From NCBI GenBank assembly GCA_038087875.1, contig JAXLNO010004401.1:3493-64000 (forward strand): DNA of 60,508 nt, written 5' to 3'. The position numbers and the translations under genes were made by a program. The notes below the pieces were generated by a model. That model made no database searches and had not been told where the DNA came from. It saw nothing but the letters and a program-made list of their open reading frames with translations. Each line of letters starts with the position of its first letter. Within the stretch, counting starts at the first letter, position 1. This document shows, piece by piece, positions 57,701-60,508 of this stretch. Source of the DNA: Malacoraja senta. Lineage: Eukaryota.

Positions 57701-59495
57701 CTTGAACCTGGTTTTTGAATTATGTTACGCTGCTCTGAAGTACCTGTATTCGGGAGTCGTAACAAAATGGGGGCTCGTCCTAAGTTTTGAGGACCCTAGA
57801 CGTTTTTTTTTTTTTAGTAGGCTTCTGGTGAGTAAGGAAGTCTGTGTTGTGAGGGAAATTTTTCTTCCCTGTTTGTGGTAGCATTGGTGCCCAGGGTTTA
57901 GCTGGTGGTTTGGTGCTACATTTGATATGGAGTTTAAAGGGAAGGACTTTAATGAGGCTCCTAGTCGGAGTTGTTTGATAGATGTACGAAGGAGCATTTG
58001 ATTTTTCTGGCTGAGAACTATGAAGTACCTATCAACCCACATTCAAGGAAGCGGTCCATTAAATCGGTGTTGTGGGCTGCGTTGGTGGAGGGTGGGTTTT
58101 GCCTGGCTGTGCAGACAGTCCCCACACCTTCTGTTCAGCCTGGTCAGGACATGGAGGCAGTCATTAGGTTGAAGGAGTTAGACGTGGCAAAAGCAGAGGA
58201 GGAGACCAAAAGAGCAGGGATTCAGCTGCGTGGGGCTGAGGAGGAAACCAAGAGGGCAGTGATTAGGCTGCGGGAGAAGGAATTGGATGCCTCCCGGGTT
58301 TCTTCTAGGGAACGGGAGTTTGATGTGAGCAGAAATATACGTTTGGTTCCACCGTTCAGTGAAAGAGATGTTGTTAAATATTTCACTTTGTTTGAGCGTG
58401 TGGCTATATCACTGAAGTGGCCTAGGGACGTGTGGACCTTCCTATTGCAGTGTGTCCTTGTGGGTAAAACATGGGAGGCGTACTCGTCTTTGTCTGCTGA
58501 AAGCAGTCTGGACTATGAGTGTGTGAAGTCTACAGTATTAAGGGCTTATGAATTAGTTCCAGAGGCGTACCGGCAGAAATCCGGCGCTTTACGAAGTTTG
58601 ATAGTCAGACTTATGTGGAGTTTGCAAGGGAGAAGGAGGCACTTTTTGACAGGTGGTGCGCTTCTCAATGAGTGAAGGATATTGGGCAACTGCGGGCCTT
58701 GATGATTATGGAAGACTTTAAGAACTGTCTCCCTGAGAGGGTTACTACTTACCTTAATGAGCAGAAGGTGAATGAGGTGTCTAAGGCCGCGGTGTTGGCA
58801 GATGAGTATGTATTGACTCATAAAACTGATTTTGTTGGGCGCGCCTATAGTTTTGGTGCACGGCCGGTTGATCGTGGTGGTGTCGCCGGTCGCAGTGTCA
58901 AAGATGTTTCAGTGGCTGCAAGTGGCAGCACGTTGATGCAGGGGGAGGTCCGAGCTGATAAGGTTGATGGAAATTTGAGGACTAACGAAGGTCCTGTGTG
59001 CTACTATTGTAGAGGGAGAGGGCACATGTTAAAGGCGTGCCCCGTTCTGAAGCATAAAAATGCAAAGCCTGTGGCTTTGGTGGGTACACAGAAGGCACCT
59101 GTGGTACCTGAGGTGCCTGAGTCTGATGAGTGTAGGAATTATTCTGCGTTCATCATGAATGCTTTTGTTTCTCTGGAGCATGGGGGTGATAGAGTTCCAG
59201 TATCCATCTTACGTGATACTGGTGCTACTCAGTCCTTTATATTGGATAGTGTACTGCCGTTTTCTGGGGAATCATCGGTTGGGTCAAGTGTCCCTGTGGT
59301 AGGATTCGGGATGGAGGGCATGGTAGTGCCTTTGCATACCGTGAGTCTCGAGTCCGAGTTGGTTTCAGGCCGGGTAACTGTTGGGTTACGGCCGTGTTTT
59401 CCCGTTGAGGGAGTTTCAGTAATTTTGGGGAATGACTTGGCAGGAGGTAGAGTTTTAGTTACTCCTGAGGTGACGGCTGTTCCGATGGTGCAGAG
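54774..59495. repeat. Right arm of the large inverted duplication
   Basis: Begins directly after the gap matching 52871 in reverse and extends through the second gypsy copy. Confidence 0.95.
56085..56229 (-). CDS. GPR139/GPR142-like GPCR exon 1, right copy (in frame only from an upstream ATG at 56229 or 56262)
   Basis: MFCLSISFRDITGSSRGHVAGQRNGEKLREYFDVEKILYVIIAAVGVP then G|GTAAGT; 145 nt, phase 1. Confidence 0.7.
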
Positions 59496-60508
59496 CCCTG
59501 ATAGATTGGCTATGCAGCATCCGAGGGTCTTCGCAGCTTGTGCTGTCACGAGGGCTATGGCTAAGAGCCAGGCAAAGTTTGGGGATGTAGTGGACCCAAG
59601 TGAGAGCATTTTGGGGGATCAGGATGAGGGATCCTGTGTTGTGAAGGGTGTTTCTGCATCTCAAGATGGGATAGTGTCTGGAAATGGGCCGGTGACGCTG
59701 TCACGTGGCCGGCTGGTTGAGGAGCAAAATAGTTATCCAGGTCTATCTGATCTGTTCGACTGCGCGGTGCCTGAGCGGGATATGGATTCCACAGCAAAGG
59801 GGTATTTTCTAAGGGAGGGCTTACTGATGCGAAAGTGGTCTCCCTTGGATATATCTGGGCATGATGATTGGAGCGTGGTTGATCAGATTGTGATACCTCG
59901 TCGGTATAGGGACGAGATACTCTGTTTGGCTCATGATGGACCTCTGGGTGGACATTTGGGGGTCAATAAGACGTATGACCGTATCTTACGGAAAATTTTT
60001 TGGCCAGGGTTGAAAAAGGACGTGAAACAGCAGTGCAGGTGTTGTCACATTTGCCAGGTGGCAGGAAAGCCGAACCAATCGATTGTTCCTGCGCCTTTAT
60101 ATGCAATCCCTGTGGTCGGTGAGCCGTTTGAGCGGATTTTAGTTGATTGTGTGGGTCCTCTACCTCGGACAAAAGTGGGCAACAAGTTTTTATTGACAAT
60201 TATGTGTGCGTCTACCCGCTTTCCGGAGGTGGTCCCTTTGCGTAGAATTACTGCCCCCATCATTGTGAAGTATCTCACTAAGTTTTTTTCGTTGTTCGGT
60301 TTGCCCAAGGTGGTGCAGAGTGACCAAGGTTCCAACTTCATGTCGAAGGTTTTTGGTCAGCTAATGAAGTTGCTTGATATTAAGCATTGTTACTCCAGTG
60401 CGTATCACCTGAGAGCCAGGGAGCTCTCGAGAGGTTTCACCAGACTTTGAAATCGATGTTGAGGACTTACTGCCTGGAGTTTGAAAAAGACTGGGATGAG
60501 GGGGTTCA
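57190..60508 (+). mobile_element. Gmr1-like Ty3/gypsy copy 2 (5' LTR, gag, PR, IN; continues past the window end)
   Basis: LTR 57190-57764; PBS TGGGGGCTCGTCC (57768-57780, complementary to the tRNA-Pro 3' end); CYYCRGRGHMLKAC; LRDTGA; HDGPLGGH..CHIC; VDCVGP; SDQGSNF; several frameshifts. Confidence 0.95.
58672..60450 (+). CDS. Gypsy gag C-terminus, protease and integrase open frame (592 aa, ends at a frameshift)
   Basis: Continuous CCHC-PR-IN(HHCC, D..D) frame; a 1-nt loss near HPESQGALER shifts the frame. Confidence 0.8.
   Translation: MKDIGQLRALMIMEDFKNCLPERVTTYLNEQKVNEVSKAAVLADEYVLTHKTDFVGRAYSFGARPVDRGGVAGRSVKDVSVAASGSTLMQGEVRADKVDGNLRTNEGPVCYYCRGRGHMLKACPVLKHKNAKPVALVGTQKAPVVPEVPESDECRNYSAFIMNAFVSLEHGGDRVPVSILRDTGATQSFILDSVLPFSGESSVGSSVPVVGFGMEGMVVPLHTVSLESELVSGRVTVGLRPCFPVEGVSVILGNDLAGGRVLVTPEVTAVPMVQSPDRLAMQHPRVFAACAVTRAMAKSQAKFGDVVDPSESILGDQDEGSCVVKGVSASQDGIVSGNGPVTLSRGRLVEEQNSYPGLSDLFDCAVPERDMDSTAKGYFLREGLLMRKWSPLDISGHDDWSVVDQIVIPRRYRDEILCLAHDGPLGGHLGVNKTYDRILRKIFWPGLKKDVKQQCRCCHICQVAGKPNQSIVPAPLYAIPVVGEPFERILVDCVGPLPRTKVGNKFLLTIMCASTRFPEVVPLRRITAPIIVKYLTKFFSLFGLPKVVQSDQGSNFMSKVFGQLMKLLDIKHCYSSAYHLRARELSRGFTRL

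Noticed and set aside
1-60508. tRNA or rRNA genes
   Set aside because: Only SINE heads with A/B-box-like motifs and LTR primer-binding sites were seen; no cloverleaf or rRNA sequence.

Overview
This is a repeat-dense vertebrate genomic window, very likely from a skate or ray (inferred from HE1/V-SINE-type SINEs, CR1/L1/Penelope families, the GPR139-like receptor and the MHC-like exons). It has five N-gaps. Host genes: (i) two intact, phase-compatible exons of an MHC class I-like heavy chain (alpha3 Ig-C1 at 20194-20460, transmembrane at 23136-23243), with no alpha1/alpha2 exons recognisable in the window; (ii) a two-exon GPR139/GPR142-like class A GPCR locus inside a large inverted duplication. 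The arms are about 48.1-52.9 kb and 54.8-59.5 kb. Each arm carries its own exon 1 facing one visible, frameshifted exon 2 in the centre. Mobile DNA: a full-length CR1 with both ORFs intact, a monomer-array 5'UTR and a T-TTA-AAC slippery site at the ORF1/ORF2 junction; a Ty1/copia; two Gmr1-like Ty3/gypsy copies; an L1 nested in another L1 with a 434-bp flanking duplication; two hAT non-autonomous elements with verified 8-bp TSDs; Penelope, L2 and Rex1/Babar remnants; many SINEs; and foldback repeats carrying hammerhead ribozyme cores. All alignments, counts and translations were done by eye and no database search was run.
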